32,009 bases of DNA from Candidatus Nanohaloarchaea archaeon. GTDB taxonomy: Archaea; Nanohalarchaeota; Nanosalinia; Nanosalinales; Nanosalinaceae. A model generated the notes under the pieces. That model was given only the letters and a program-made list of their open reading frames with translations. It was not told the origin of the DNA and ran no database searches. Each line of letters starts with the position of its first letter. The stretch's first letter is position 1. A program made the translations under genes and the position numbers. Positions 9,489 to 20,010 of this stretch are shown here, one piece after another. Location: NCBI GenBank assembly GCA_041639695.1, contig JBEQBQ010000013.1, positions 1-32,009 of the forward strand, read 5' to 3'.

Positions 9489-10658
9489 ATGAATCTAGAC
9501 GAGATAGACGCCGAACAGGTAATGAACACCGAGCCTCTAGTTGAAACCAACGATAGAAACCTCGCACAGATCAAAAACACCATGGAGGAAAACGAGGTAA
9601 GAGCAATACCTGTAACAGACACACAAGGAGGATTCAAAGGTGTAATAGGTTACAGGGACCTAATCAGGTTCATCCAGTTCAACCCTGAAAGGACCTCGCT
9701 TGGAAAAGTGATGCACCAGCCTCCAGAGTTCGAGGAAGACGATTCGCTGGTAGAGCTCGCCGACCTAAGAATCAACTCAGGCAGAAAACTGATGGTCTGC
9801 CTTGAAAACGGCGAACTGAAAGGAGTAGTAGGAGACGACGAATTTATCGAGTACTTCAAGGACGCAGAGGTACTGGAAGAAGCAAATACTCTTGATGTGG
9901 CTTCTCATGATCTCAAGACAGTTTTCGAGGAGGACTCTATCGAGGAAGCAAGACACTTTATGCTTGACAACAATATCTCGAGAGTTCCGGTCTTGGATGA
10001 GGACGGGAAGCTTACCGGTATCATAAGAAGTTCAGATATACTGAGGATGATGGTCCCACGCGACCGTCAGGACGCAGGAGGTACTTCCGGCGACAGACAC
10101 GGTTCAGACGAGGTCAAGATGGCCGGGGGAACCGAGAAAAAACAGTTCTCCGGTGTTACAGCCGACCAAATGATGCGAGAAGACCCTGTAACAGCCACGG
10201 ACCACATGAACTTGAGGGAAGCCGCAGAAATAATGTCGGAAAGAGGTAGAGACGAGATAATCTTTCTCGAAAACGGTTACCCGGAAAGGATTGTCACCCT
10301 GAAGGACATCATCAACTACGTAGAAGGGTTCGCGCCGGGCAAGACCATGATGGTCAACCTTTCCGGTTTAGAGCTTCCTGAAGAAAAAGCAGCTGTACAC
10401 AATTCGATTAAGAGACAGCTTCAGGGGAGCCTGGGAAGAAAGCTTGACAGACCTGAACAGATGGATGTCCATATCAAGAAGTCTGAGAAGGATGGTAAGA
10501 AACACCGCTGGGAACTGGACATGAAGCTTGACTGTGAGTACGGCCTTCTTACGGTGAACGAGGAGGGATGGGAGCTACTGGATGCGGTAGACGAGGCTTT
10601 GAACGAGTTGAACTCGATTGTGAGGAAGAAGCACGAGAAAAGTACGGAACACCGCTAA
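9489..10658 (+). CDS. 4xCBS plus C-terminal HPF/RaiA-like domain: archaeal Hib-type ribosome hibernation factor
   Basis: Four CBS repeats (RAIPVTD, RKLMV, SRVPVLD...GII, DEII) followed by VHIKK...RWELDMKL...EGWELLDAVDEALNEL...RKK, which is HPF-like. Confidence 0.8.
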   Translation: MNLDEIDAEQVMNTEPLVETNDRNLAQIKNTMEENEVRAIPVTDTQGGFKGVIGYRDLIRFIQFNPERTSLGKVMHQPPEFEEDDSLVELADLRINSGRKLMVCLENGELKGVVGDDEFIEYFKDAEVLEEANTLDVASHDLKTVFEEDSIEEARHFMLDNNISRVPVLDEDGKLTGIIRSSDILRMMVPRDRQDAGGTSGDRHGSDEVKMAGGTEKKQFSGVTADQMMREDPVTATDHMNLREAAEIMSERGRDEIIFLENGYPERIVTLKDIINYVEGFAPGKTMMVNLSGLELPEEKAAVHNSIKRQLQGSLGRKLDRPEQMDVHIKKSEKDGKKHRWELDMKLDCEYGLLTVNEEGWELLDAVDEALNELNSIVRKKHEKSTEHR

Positions 10659-10663
10659 ACTTC

Positions 10664-11023
10664 CTACATTTTTCCTTCTTCATTACTCATTTTCTCCAGC
10701 TTCTTTTCCTGGCTTATACCGAACTGGTTTGCGATGCCTTCAAATGATGTGGAGGCGTAGATCAGCGAGATGAATACTGCGGCCAAGATGATGTACATCG
10801 GGTACTGCGCCATCGCATTTCCTTGGAAGAACTGGTTGTAGAAAGTCAAGTAGGAAGTGTAGAGTATCAGGAAGGATATTACGAGTAGGAATCTTTTGGA
10901 GAACTCTTGGAGCTTTTCCTGTTCGAGGCCCCTGAATGTTGTATATACTATTATGAAGGTCATTATGCCGATTGCCAGGGTGCCTGCGGTGTTTACCGCC
11001 AGCATTATCTGCTCCAGACTCAT
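10664..11023 (-). CDS. Small three-TM membrane protein
   Basis: Three hydrophobic helices. Confidence 0.65.
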   Translation of the reverse strand: MSLEQIMLAVNTAGTLAIGIMTFIIVYTTFRGLEQEKLQEFSKRFLLVISFLILYTSYLTFYNQFFQGNAMAQYPMYIILAAVFISLIYASTSFEGIANQFGISQEKKLEKMSNEEGKM

Positions 11024-11113
11024 TTTAGACCAGAATTAGAGACGCTTTTTTAAATAGGTCGGGTTGAAACTGCAAACAATTCTTAAACCTGAAATACAAA
11101 AATCGAATGTTCG

Positions 11114-11809
11114 ATGTCAAAAACGGGTAAAACATCAAGACAAGCTGTTCTAGAACTCTCCAAACTCGACAGCGGTTACGAAAACGATTCCGGTATAGTT
11201 TCACCGGCTTTCTACAAGAACCTCGAGGTAAAACCCGTGAACACTATAGGTATTGATGTAAACGTTATGCTTGATCCAGTGAAGGGTAGAAAGCGAAGCA
11301 CCGAAGTACCGCTGAACTCGACCCAGAAACAGAGAGCTGAAGATGTACTTGGTAAAGACTTCGTTGAGGAGTACTGGGTCGATGAAGACTCAAGCATGAA
11401 AAGCGAAACAGGTGCTTTGTATCCTCTCGGTGTGATCAAAGATCTGTCTCCGTACTTCGACTTGGTCTATCCCGACACATTCGATAGAGCTGTAGAGGGC
11501 AGCAAATTCTCCGAGAGAGCAACGGATGCAGACCTGATAGACAGAAGATACGATGTATTCATGGATTACCTTGAGTCGGTAGCAGAACCTATCGAGGTGG
11601 AAGCAAGACTTGACGAACATGATTTAGAGGATGATGCGATCTATGAGGCCCTAACGGAGTACAAGAGTCCGGCTTTACTCACATACGACTCCGATTTTGT
11701 ACAGAAAGATCATTACTCTGATGTGCTGGCTTTGCCTCCCGAGATGATGAATAGAATGATAGAAGAGAATTCAGGCAGAACAGGACTAGATAAAAAACGA
11801 AAAGTTTAG
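11114..11809 (+). CDS. Divergent PIN-domain protein
   Basis: IGIDVNV, LEDDAIYE and LLTYDSDF match the PIN acidic-residue pattern. Confidence 0.65.
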   Translation: MSKTGKTSRQAVLELSKLDSGYENDSGIVSPAFYKNLEVKPVNTIGIDVNVMLDPVKGRKRSTEVPLNSTQKQRAEDVLGKDFVEEYWVDEDSSMKSETGALYPLGVIKDLSPYFDLVYPDTFDRAVEGSKFSERATDADLIDRRYDVFMDYLESVAEPIEVEARLDEHDLEDDAIYEALTEYKSPALLTYDSDFVQKDHYSDVLALPPEMMNRMIEENSGRTGLDKKRKV

Positions 11810-11810
11810 A

Positions 11811-13598
11811 TTAGCAACGGACCTCAAGATTCCCGGACTCGTAAGCTCCTAGGATCCGTCCTGCAAGATCTGAGTCCTTTGTTAATGAAACTTCACCGTT
11901 CTTACCTACTGTGGCGGTAAACAGGAACTCCTCTTCATCATAAACATCTACATCGTCTCCTGAGTAATCGGTTCCGACATCGATAATCATGGAATTTCCA
12001 CGCTCTTCTACAGAGAACTGCACACCGCTCTTCAACGTCTTCTTCCTAGGTTCTACTGTTATATCAAGTCCGAGTTCGTCTTCAAGCCTGTCGATATTCT
12101 CACCGCCTGAACCTATGACGTGAGGTATCTCATCCTCGTCAAGCAACAACCTGATATGATCATCGGAGATAAACTCTATCTCAGGATCATCAACCCTGCC
12201 CGTTAGCTCGTGTTCAAGCTGTTTCTTCGCCAGCTTCTGGGCGCTGGTCATCTGTTCCTCGTCTTCTATCGGGATTACCACGGTTTCCTCGCCGTAGGTG
12301 TAGATCTCGTAGACAGGCTTCTCATCCTCCAGCTCAAGTATCTGAACGACAGGTCTCGCCAAGTCCGCCTCGTTCATACCCTGCGGAACCTTTACCGTTA
12401 GCTCAAGTTTGTACACCTCGGCGACTTCAGCGTTCTCGATATGGATTACGGTGTCACATATCTGGGGGATCATTCCAAGCTCTACACGTCCAATCAATCT
12501 TTGAACTGCGTCGACCGCTTCACGTGCGTGTACCACTCCCAACATTCCTACTCCGGCCATCCTCATATCCGAGTAGACTTCGAAGTCATCAGTCTTACGC
12601 ACTTCATCGTAGACGGTGAAATCCGGCCTAACTAGTAGTAGGAAGTCACCTGTATTCTCCATAGACTCCTCAAGCTCGGCGTACTGTGTTACATCGGGTC
12701 CTACGTCCAGGTCTCGAGGTTTTTCCATGGTTTTCATGACGTTGCCTTGTTCCTCATAGTATTCTGTAAGTGCCTGTGCGAACGTTGATTTTCCGTGTCC
12801 CGGTGCTCCGGCAATCAGAACCCCTTCAGCCTTTTCATCAAGCCTTTCCATTAGCTTGTCGGAGAGGTTGTAGTCATCAAGGCCAACATCCGCTACCGGT
12901 CTTACCGCTGTAATTTCAGGGGCTTCAGAGAAAGGCGGTCTCGCAATCGCGATCCTGTAACGCCCGATCTGGACAACTGTCGCTCCCTCCTTTTCCAGTT
13001 CGACCATTCCATCATCCGACATTTCCGCGGTCTCGATAGTCTCTTCAATCAACTGGTTTATCTCATCCCTTTCCATAACTTCGTCTCTAATCTCTTCAAG
13101 ACCGAACTCACCGGGAATACCTCTCTTCGCTTTTGGGACGCTCCCCTGCTTCAAGTGGACTGACATGGTTTCGTCGTCAAAGAACTCTTTAACTGAGAAG
13201 GTTTCAACGTACTCTTTCTCGAACAGTTTAACGTCGATTCCTTTGGCTTCCGCGACTTTGGATTGAACAATATCTCCTGTGTATAGTGTGGCGCCCATTT
13301 CCTCGGCAACGTCCCTAATCAGTGCGTCAATTCTTCCGGACTTCGCAAGATTGATTTCCTCCATGTTAGGCCGTCTGCCTGTAAAGTTTACTTCGAAGCC
13401 TTTCTCTTCACCAATCTCCCTAAGCTTTCTTATCTCTTCTATTCCTATATGTCCTATTTCAAGGCCCTTGTTGGCCTGGTTCTCGATCTCATCGACAACG
13501 AACTCTGGTATGATTACTTCTTCGGTTATCTCGCCTTCTTCCGCTAGTTTCGAAATCTTTCCGTCAACGAGGACCGAGGTATCTGGGACAATACTCAT
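11811..13598 (-). CDS. PIN-domain / P-loop ATPase / KH protein (PINA-type branch-migration ATPase)
   Basis: PDTSVLVD (PIN), GAPGHGKST (Walker A), YDEVR (Walker B), VIGSGG (KH). Confidence 0.92.
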   Translation of the reverse strand: MSIVPDTSVLVDGKISKLAEEGEITEEVIIPEFVVDEIENQANKGLEIGHIGIEEIRKLREIGEEKGFEVNFTGRRPNMEEINLAKSGRIDALIRDVAEEMGATLYTGDIVQSKVAEAKGIDVKLFEKEYVETFSVKEFFDDETMSVHLKQGSVPKAKRGIPGEFGLEEIRDEVMERDEINQLIEETIETAEMSDDGMVELEKEGATVVQIGRYRIAIARPPFSEAPEITAVRPVADVGLDDYNLSDKLMERLDEKAEGVLIAGAPGHGKSTFAQALTEYYEEQGNVMKTMEKPRDLDVGPDVTQYAELEESMENTGDFLLLVRPDFTVYDEVRKTDDFEVYSDMRMAGVGMLGVVHAREAVDAVQRLIGRVELGMIPQICDTVIHIENAEVAEVYKLELTVKVPQGMNEADLARPVVQILELEDEKPVYEIYTYGEETVVIPIEDEEQMTSAQKLAKKQLEHELTGRVDDPEIEFISDDHIRLLLDEDEIPHVIGSGGENIDRLEDELGLDITVEPRKKTLKSGVQFSVEERGNSMIIDVGTDYSGDDVDVYDEEEFLFTATVGKNGEVSLTKDSDLAGRILGAYESGNLEVRC

Positions 13599-13666
13599 CT
13601 TATTACAGTAATGAATGGAGAACGAAGATTGAAAAGTCTGGAAGGAATAAAGGGAAAGAGAAAATG

Positions 13667-14380
13667 TTAGGGTTCGAGTCGTGACTCAAGCATTTTCAAC
13701 GAGTTGTTAAGCTCTTCTCCCATTTCCGACTCAAGTTCCTCATCTCTCCAGTCTCCGATTCTGATGGAGACCGTTGGTTGTGCTGCACCTATCTCGTCTC
13801 CGATCTCTGACTGGGTTCTATCAGTATCCATGTACTGCTGGAAACCTGTTGTCCAAGCAGCGTTGTCAGTGTTGGAGGACTCGCGGCTGTTTGTAACCTT
13901 TTCGAACATCTGGTCGACAGCACCGTACTTGTTCTCGACGAATCCAGGGTGGTCCGGTCCAACGGAAAGTCTTATGCCGCCCGTAACTGAATATTTTGAT
14001 GTTCCTTTCGAGGAAGTCTCATTCTCCGTAAGGTCGGCTAGGAACTCGACTTCTTCAACCACTCTTTTCGCATCAGTAGTTAGTTCTCCGTCTTCGTACA
14101 GCTCTGTTCCTTCAAATTCATCGAGTGCTTCATCGTTTCCATTATAAGCCTCGACGAGTGTTTCGGATCCGACTTTAGCGACTGTTGAGAGCATGTCGTC
14201 CATGTATTCGCCCGCAGTCGGTTCTGCGTCTTCCTCCTCATAGCTGTCTTCAGGTTTTTCGTCTTCAGGCTGGAGGGGGCGCGTTGCCTCCTGACTTCCG
14301 CCGACAGCGGCTGCAGAGTTGCTCAGTATGTCTTCCATCTGCTCCTGCTGCCTGTTCAGGTGATCTTGGTATCGTCCCAT
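13667..14380 (-). CDS. Acidic protein with C-terminal HTH
   Basis: TQSEIGDEIGAAQPTVSIRI is a classic HTH. Confidence 0.65.
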   Translation of the reverse strand: MGRYQDHLNRQQEQMEDILSNSAAAVGGSQEATRPLQPEDEKPEDSYEEEDAEPTAGEYMDDMLSTVAKVGSETLVEAYNGNDEALDEFEGTELYEDGELTTDAKRVVEEVEFLADLTENETSSKGTSKYSVTGGIRLSVGPDHPGFVENKYGAVDQMFEKVTNSRESSNTDNAAWTTGFQQYMDTDRTQSEIGDEIGAAQPTVSIRIGDWRDEELESEMGEELNNSLKMLESRLEP

Positions 14381-14464
14381 GACAAGTTCTTATGTTGTTA
14401 CTTAGTCATAACAATTTAAATATATTATGGAAGCGCCCCAGATCAATAGGTAAAGAACAAGAAG

Positions 14465-15499
14465 TTATTCGACATCCCTGATTGAGAATTCGCTCCTCAA
14501 CCTTTCGTCCTCTTCCTCAATTCTCGGTTCAATACGTTCTACAACACCATCAACACCTTCAGCCACCAGCTCACTCATAGGAAGATCTAATTCCCCCTCT
14601 ATCTCACCCTTTGCGATTCTCCTAGAAATCAGGTATCCTCTGTCCCGGATGCTGGCGTAATATTTAGATTTCTCTCTTTCGTCCTCAATATCTTCCGTAT
14701 CGAGTTCTTCCATATGCTCTAACCTATCTCTGGCCGACTCAAGCACATCACTCTTATCAAAGACATCCGATTGAAGCCAATTGGTTCTGACATAAACGTT
14801 GAGAAATGTTTCAGGAAAAGTTCCGAATAAATAATTCTCCCTCGAGTACTCCTGTATGTCGGAAAGCGTATCGATCTGTTTTAACCATTTATTTACTGCC
14901 TCTTCATCATCCTCCTCTATATGGCCTAGTGATTCTCCTACCTCCAGCCTCGAAACCATCTCCTTTTTATGGTCTACAAATTCGGGCAGCTTCTCTTCAA
15001 CAATACTTGTTTCAGTACCGTACACTTCATCAATTACCTCCAGATTTCTTTGAATTACCTGCATATCGTTCTCAAGCAGAATCGGGTCCTCATAGCCGAG
15101 TGCGAGAGCCCCGAAGAGTTCGTCTGCAGCAACTTGTTTAACCGAGACATCAGACGCCTTATTTTTAGGGATGTTGGAGACTAGATGTCCTGCCGACTCC
15201 ACTACCTCGGTTATGGGGATCGGGTAACTATCTCTTATATACTCCTCGGCTCCTTCAACTGGTGTAAATCTCTCTACCATCTCCTCCAGATAGGTGTCCG
15301 GATCACTCAGCTCTGCGTTAAAATATTCGTCCTGAGAAGTCTCACCCATAGCGATACTTATGTCCAGAGCGTTCCCTATGTCGATACCCCACCTGCTTCG
15401 GAGATATCCTACTTTTTCACGGTATTTGGCGCCTACTTCTCTCTGATATTCGTCATCAACATCTTCAGAGCAGACGTCCACCTTCCAGCCAGGCTCCAT
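14465..15499 (-). CDS. Hypothetical acidic protein, possible degenerate zincin
   Basis: Long acidic ORF containing VVESAGH...DELFG. Confidence 0.6.
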   Translation of the reverse strand: MEPGWKVDVCSEDVDDEYQREVGAKYREKVGYLRSRWGIDIGNALDISIAMGETSQDEYFNAELSDPDTYLEEMVERFTPVEGAEEYIRDSYPIPITEVVESAGHLVSNIPKNKASDVSVKQVAADELFGALALGYEDPILLENDMQVIQRNLEVIDEVYGTETSIVEEKLPEFVDHKKEMVSRLEVGESLGHIEEDDEEAVNKWLKQIDTLSDIQEYSRENYLFGTFPETFLNVYVRTNWLQSDVFDKSDVLESARDRLEHMEELDTEDIEDEREKSKYYASIRDRGYLISRRIAKGEIEGELDLPMSELVAEGVDGVVERIEPRIEEEDERLRSEFSIRDVE

Positions 15500-15563
15500 A
15501 AGTATCTGAGTATAGAACGCGTTCAAGCTTTAAACATGTTTTGTTACGAGTTGATGAAAAACG

Positions 15564-16331
15564 TCAGAGGTTGAGGTTGTCCAGCCTTATGCCTCCTGCA
15601 ATCAGCCCTCCCTCATAGTTGAACTCCTCTCCCTTCAAAATCCCTCTTAAGCCGGCATCCTCTAGCCGAGACTTCAGCTCCCCACTGTACTCGTGAGAGG
15701 TAACTTCTTCCAGTCTATTCCCATCGTCGAAGAAAAGACTTGCGATCTCGTAGAACTCGGCCTCTGCATCATATTCCCGGCCGAACTTCCTTTCCATCGA
15801 AGAGTCACCTTTTTTTAGGTAGCTGTGCAGGTCGAAACTATCTTCTAAAGCCTGATTAAGAATTATGACCGTCTGTTCGTCCGTACTATCTTCTTCCATC
15901 ATGTTGTAACGGTCCTTGGAACTCAAGCGTTCGATCTTTGAATTCCAGTTGTCGTAGACCAGCCTTCCCTCCGGCGTCAGTTCTTCGTCCTCCATGAGCC
16001 CTAGCTCGTTCAGACAGTGCTGCTTATGTTCAACCACAGGGTTGGAGTAGTCTTCGAGATTATTTTCCGAGGCCATCTCCAGTACATCCAAGCCGCCTGT
16101 GAAAAGGGTCTGGTAGAGAGGCTCCATCAGGTCCTGTTTGTCAAGTTCATTATTAGTAGTTTCCGGAGATTCTTCGCTTTTCGGTTCTGATAATGGTTTC
16201 TCAGGCACTGAATCGAATATTAGGCTGCCTTTTCTTCTTTCTACAGGAACCGGTTCTCCTTTGTCTTTTTCTGATTCTTTCGCGTTTGTTCTGTTGATAT
16301 ATTCTTCCGCGTCAGGGCCTCTTCCAGACAT
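15564..16331 (-). CDS. Hypothetical protein with winged-helix-like segments
   Basis: LNELGLMEDEELTPEG and LEDAGL....EEFNYEG; likely start ATG 16331. Confidence 0.6.
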   Translation of the reverse strand: MSGRGPDAEEYINRTNAKESEKDKGEPVPVERRKGSLIFDSVPEKPLSEPKSEESPETTNNELDKQDLMEPLYQTLFTGGLDVLEMASENNLEDYSNPVVEHKQHCLNELGLMEDEELTPEGRLVYDNWNSKIERLSSKDRYNMMEEDSTDEQTVIILNQALEDSFDLHSYLKKGDSSMERKFGREYDAEAEFYEIASLFFDDGNRLEEVTSHEYSGELKSRLEDAGLRGILKGEEFNYEGGLIAGGIRLDNLNL

Positions 16332-16420
16332 CAATAACGAATATGCAGGATAACAACTATAATATAACATATGATTTAGGACTTTTTGGTGAATATTCAT
16401 TTCTCTTCAACACGGCAGGG

Positions 16421-16427
16421 TTTATAA
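16421..16427 (+). promoter_or_regulatory. TATA box of the nrdR-nrdJ operon
   Basis: TTTATAA upstream of the NrdR boxes; SD-like GAGGT at 16521. Confidence 0.6.
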
Positions 16428-16456
16428 GGTAAGATCATGAATTCAAGTGACAGAAG

Positions 16457-16506
16457 GTACGACATGTTGTGGGGGAGGGGAACAGGTTCTCCACAACATC
16501 TAGTAT
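16457..16506. promoter_or_regulatory. Tandem NrdR boxes
   Basis: GTACGACATGTTGTGG (16457-16472) and CCACAACATCTAGTAT (16491-16506) match the acaCwAtATaTwGtg consensus and lie directly upstream of nrdR. Confidence 0.8.
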
Positions 16507-16535
16507 GACAATTCACTACAGAGGTAACTATACCG

Positions 16536-16979
16536 GTGCAATGCGCCTACTGCGACCACGACTCAACCAAAGTAATTGACACACGCGAGACCTCCGAAAA
16601 GGTCCGCAGAAGAAGAGAATGCAAAGAATGCGGTAGACGCTTCACAACCTACGAAACGGCCGAAAAACTCGACATAAAGGTCGAGAAAGGTGACGGAAAG
16701 ACAGAAGACTTTGACGAAGAAAAAATCCGTTCAGGCGTTTCCAAGGCAGCCGAAAAAACTTCGATCACCGAAGACCAAGTCGAAGAAGTAGTAGAGGAGG
16801 TCAAGAAATCGGTGCGCGGTGAACAGAAAGTACAGTCCAAAAGGATCGGTGAAGAAGTTAAGACACAGTTAAAGAAACGTGACGAAGTAGCTTACATGCG
16901 GTTTGCCTCTGTATACGACTCGTTTGACGACGCTGAAAGCTTCATGAAAGAAGCAGAAGCGTTGAAGACCGAAGAATAA
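16536..16979 (+). CDS. nrdR: Transcriptional repressor NrdR
   Basis: CAYC...VIDTR...[17 protein letters not shown] Zn ribbon, ATP cone, [10 protein letters not shown]. Confidence 0.96.
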   Translation: MQCAYCDHDSTKVIDTRETSEKVRRRRECKECGRRFTTYETAEKLDIKVEKGDGKTEDFDEEKIRSGVSKAAEKTSITEDQVEEVVEEVKKSVRGEQKVQSKRIGEEVKTQLKKRDEVAYMRFASVYDSFDDAESFMKEAEALKTEE

Positions 16980-17040
16980 TGACTTCAGCTTTACACCTGT
17001 TCCATCTCACTTAATGCTCACAAAAAGGTGTATCCAATTA

Positions 17041-19956
17041 ATGACTGAAACAAAACAGAAGACTTCGTTCAAGCTACCAGTAAAAAGAGTAACAGGCGAC
17101 ACTGTCGAGGAGAGACTCACAGAAAACGCCTATCAAAGAATTCTTCCATCCAGATACCTCCTGAAAAACGAGAAAGGAGAGAACATCGAGGAACCGGAAG
17201 AACTTTTCGAGAGAGTAGCGAAGAACGTTGCACAGCCCGATAAAGAATACGATGACGTAGATTTCGAGGAGAGCTGGCAGGAATTCTTCGACCTAATGAG
17301 TAACCTGGCGTTCATGCCTAACAGCCCTACCTTGATGAACGCAGGAGCAGACCTCCAGCAGCTTTCCGCATGCTTCGTAGTCCACCCTGAAGACGACATG
17401 GACTCGATCTTCTCAAAAGTACATGATGCGGCAAAGATCTTCCAGTCCGGCGGAGGCATGGGATACCCGTTCCATCTAATGAGACCTAAAGGAGACATAG
17501 TAAGCTCTACCGGAGGAGTTTCCTCAGGACCTATGAGCTTCCAGCAAGTCTTCGACACGATGTGCGGAACCATCAAGCAAGGCGGAAAACGTAGAGGAGC
17601 CCAGATGGGAATCATGAAGGTCGACCACCCGGACATCCTCAGATTCGTAACAAGCAAGAGGAAAGAAGGTAACCTGTCGAACTTCAACATCTCAGTCGGT
17701 TTAACTGAAGAGTTCATGGACGCAGTCAAGAACGACGAAGAGTACACACTGATTAACCCGAGAACCGAGGAGCCTTACAGGGTCAAGGAAATGACCGCGG
17801 AGTTCTACAACTCTGATGAGGAGTGGTATCCTGAAGCCGCTGGTTCAGACCAGGGTAAGGACGACAACTTCTGGAGAGACTTCGCCAACACGTTCGGAGA
17901 AGAGATCCAGGACTATGATATTGACCTGGAAGTCGGTGACAAGATGACACTTCCAGCAAGATTCATCTGGGAAACCCTGATCGACGGCGCATGGAGAAAC
18001 GGAGAGCCAGGACTCTTCATGTACGACGAAGCAAACGACATGCACTCATTCGATACAGACAAGCATCCGGAACACACAATTGAGGCCACAAACCCTTGTG
18101 GTGAACAGCCGCTTGAGAACTACGAGGCATGCAACCTTGGACACATCAACCTGTCCGTGCTTGTGGACGACAAAGGAGAGGGGGAAGCTCTTACCTTTGC
18201 GGAGTGGAAGCAGAGAAACGGCGACAAATACGACCTCTCGACCCAGGAAGGACTTAACCAGGCTATGCAGGACTACATCCCTGAAGCCATGGACATGGAA
18301 CGTTTCGAGTACACCGCAAAGACAGGAATGAGGTTCCTCGACAACGTTGTAACCATGTCAGACTTCCCATTAGAAGAGATTGAGGACACAGTTACGGACC
18401 TGAGAAAGGTTGGACTTGGTTTGATGGGCTTCGCACAGATGCTTGTCCAGCTAGGAGTCCGTTACGGTTCTGACGAATCTGTTGCCGCAGCCAAAGAAAT
18501 CCAGCGGTTGATCACACGTTACTCGATCGAAGAATCCAACAGACTTGCGGATGTAAGAGGAGAGTTCCCTGAATGGGAGAAATCCAAATGGGCAAACCCA
18601 ACAGAACACGAAGAATGGTTCAGAGACTACACAGGAGGACTCGATCCTGAAGACTTCGAAGACGGTCTGAAGATGAGAAACCACAACACAACCACGATCG
18701 CGCCGACCGGAACAACTTCCATGATAGGAAACACCTCCGGAGGTTGTGAACCGATCTACAGCTTGGCTTACTTCAAGAACGTTGCGAAGGACATCCAGGG
18801 AGAGGACATGCTCGTCGAATTCGACGACTACTTCATCCGCGCTCTAGAGGCGAACGACGTCGATGTAGAAAAGGTCAAGGAAGCAGCTCAGGAGAAGATG
18901 GAGAACAACGAATGGGAAGGCGTAGAAAGTATCCCTGACGAAGTTCTTCCAGCACACGTCAAAGAAATCTTTGCGACAGCTGACCAAGTCACACCGGAAG
19001 AACACATCGATATCCAGGCAGCTTTCCAAGAACACAACCACTCAGGAATCTCGAAGACCTGCAACTTCCCTAACGAAGCCTCGAAGGACGATGTAAGAGA
19101 GGCTTACATGCGTGCCTACGACAAAGGCGTCAAAGGCATGACAGTCTACAGGGATGGAACTCGAGACACACAGGTCATGCAGACCAACAAAGAGAACACC
19201 TTGACCGACATGGACAAGGTCGACATGCTCTCCGAAATTGTTGAAGAGTTCGGTGGAGCCAAAGAACTTCTTGAATCCAACGAGTTCGAGGAAGTAGTAA
19301 GTCAGACAGGTCTCCAGATCCAAGACGAAGAAACTGAAGATCTTTCACAGGAAGTTACGCAGGAAGGCGTACAGGCCGAGTCAAGTGAGGAAGGCGGCCA
19401 CACCTCGATGGGATCAAACGAGAAGGTCAAGGAAAGACCTAAGATCGCGACAGGAACCACACAAGAAATTGAAACGGCTTACGGCGACCTGTTTGTGACG
19501 ATCAACAACTCGAAGACGAACGGACCAATCGAAGTATTCGCAAGAGTCGGCAAAGGCGGAGGATACACACAGTCCTTCACCGAAGCACTCGGAAGAACAA
19601 TCAGCCTCTCGTTAAGATCCGGTGCTGACGCTGAAGAAGTCATCAAGCAACTGGACGACATCCGTTCGCCGCAGATTTCTTGGGACCAGGGAGAGCAAAT
19701 CCACTCCGTGCCTGACGCAATTGCGGAAGCGATGAAACGTCACGTCAACGGCCACGGCGGGTCGCAGCAGACGGTCGACTCGTTCGATGGAGACACAGAG
19801 TCGCGGACCCAGACCAAGACCGACCAAGAGGAGAAAGCTGACGCCGCCAAGATAGTCCAGGACGGTGGAAACCCTGAATGTCCGGAATGCGGAGGCATGC
19901 TTGTCCTACAGGAAGGCTGCAACAAGTGCCCTGATTGTGGATACAGCAAATGTTAA
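17041..19956 (+). CDS. nrdJ: Class II adenosylcobalamin-dependent ribonucleotide reductase with fused TSCPD/Zn-ribbon domain
   Basis: [48 protein letters not shown], and C-terminal CPECG...CPDCGYSKC. No intein seen. Confidence 0.96.
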   Translation: MTETKQKTSFKLPVKRVTGDTVEERLTENAYQRILPSRYLLKNEKGENIEEPEELFERVAKNVAQPDKEYDDVDFEESWQEFFDLMSNLAFMPNSPTLMNAGADLQQLSACFVVHPEDDMDSIFSKVHDAAKIFQSGGGMGYPFHLMRPKGDIVSSTGGVSSGPMSFQQVFDTMCGTIKQGGKRRGAQMGIMKVDHPDILRFVTSKRKEGNLSNFNISVGLTEEFMDAVKNDEEYTLINPRTEEPYRVKEMTAEFYNSDEEWYPEAAGSDQGKDDNFWRDFANTFGEEIQDYDIDLEVGDKMTLPARFIWETLIDGAWRNGEPGLFMYDEANDMHSFDTDKHPEHTIEATNPCGEQPLENYEACNLGHINLSVLVDDKGEGEALTFAEWKQRNGDKYDLSTQEGLNQAMQDYIPEAMDMERFEYTAKTGMRFLDNVVTMSDFPLEEIEDTVTDLRKVGLGLMGFAQMLVQLGVRYGSDESVAAAKEIQRLITRYSIEESNRLADVRGEFPEWEKSKWANPTEHEEWFRDYTGGLDPEDFEDGLKMRNHNTTTIAPTGTTSMIGNTSGGCEPIYSLAYFKNVAKDIQGEDMLVEFDDYFIRALEANDVDVEKVKEAAQEKMENNEWEGVESIPDEVLPAHVKEIFATADQVTPEEHIDIQAAFQEHNHSGISKTCNFPNEASKDDVREAYMRAYDKGVKGMTVYRDGTRDTQVMQTNKENTLTDMDKVDMLSEIVEEFGGAKELLESNEFEEVVSQTGLQIQDEETEDLSQEVTQEGVQAESSEEGGHTSMGSNEKVKERPKIATGTTQEIETAYGDLFVTINNSKTNGPIEVFARVGKGGGYTQSFTEALGRTISLSLRSGADAEEVIKQLDDIRSPQISWDQGEQIHSVPDAIAEAMKRHVNGHGGSQQTVDSFDGDTESRTQTKTDQEEKADAAKIVQDGGNPECPECGGMLVLQEGCNKCPDCGYSKC

Positions 19957-19959
19957 CTT

Positions 19960-20002
19960 AAGGGTTATAGAGCCCTTTCTTCCCCCTAAATTACTCTTTC
20001 TT
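19960..20002 (+). terminator. Putative nrdJ terminator
   Basis: AAGGGTT-ATAG-AGCCCTT hairpin followed by a T/C-rich tract. Confidence 0.4.
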
Positions 20003-20010
20003 TTCTAAGT

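Noticed and set aside
16430-16535. Possible cobalamin riboswitch upstream of nrdR-nrdJ
   Set aside because: Too short and has no B12-box; the hairpin is explained by the two NrdR boxes.
17760-18300. Possible intein in nrdJ
   Set aside because: The insertions are short acidic loops with no C/S...HN splice motifs or LAGLIDADG blocks.
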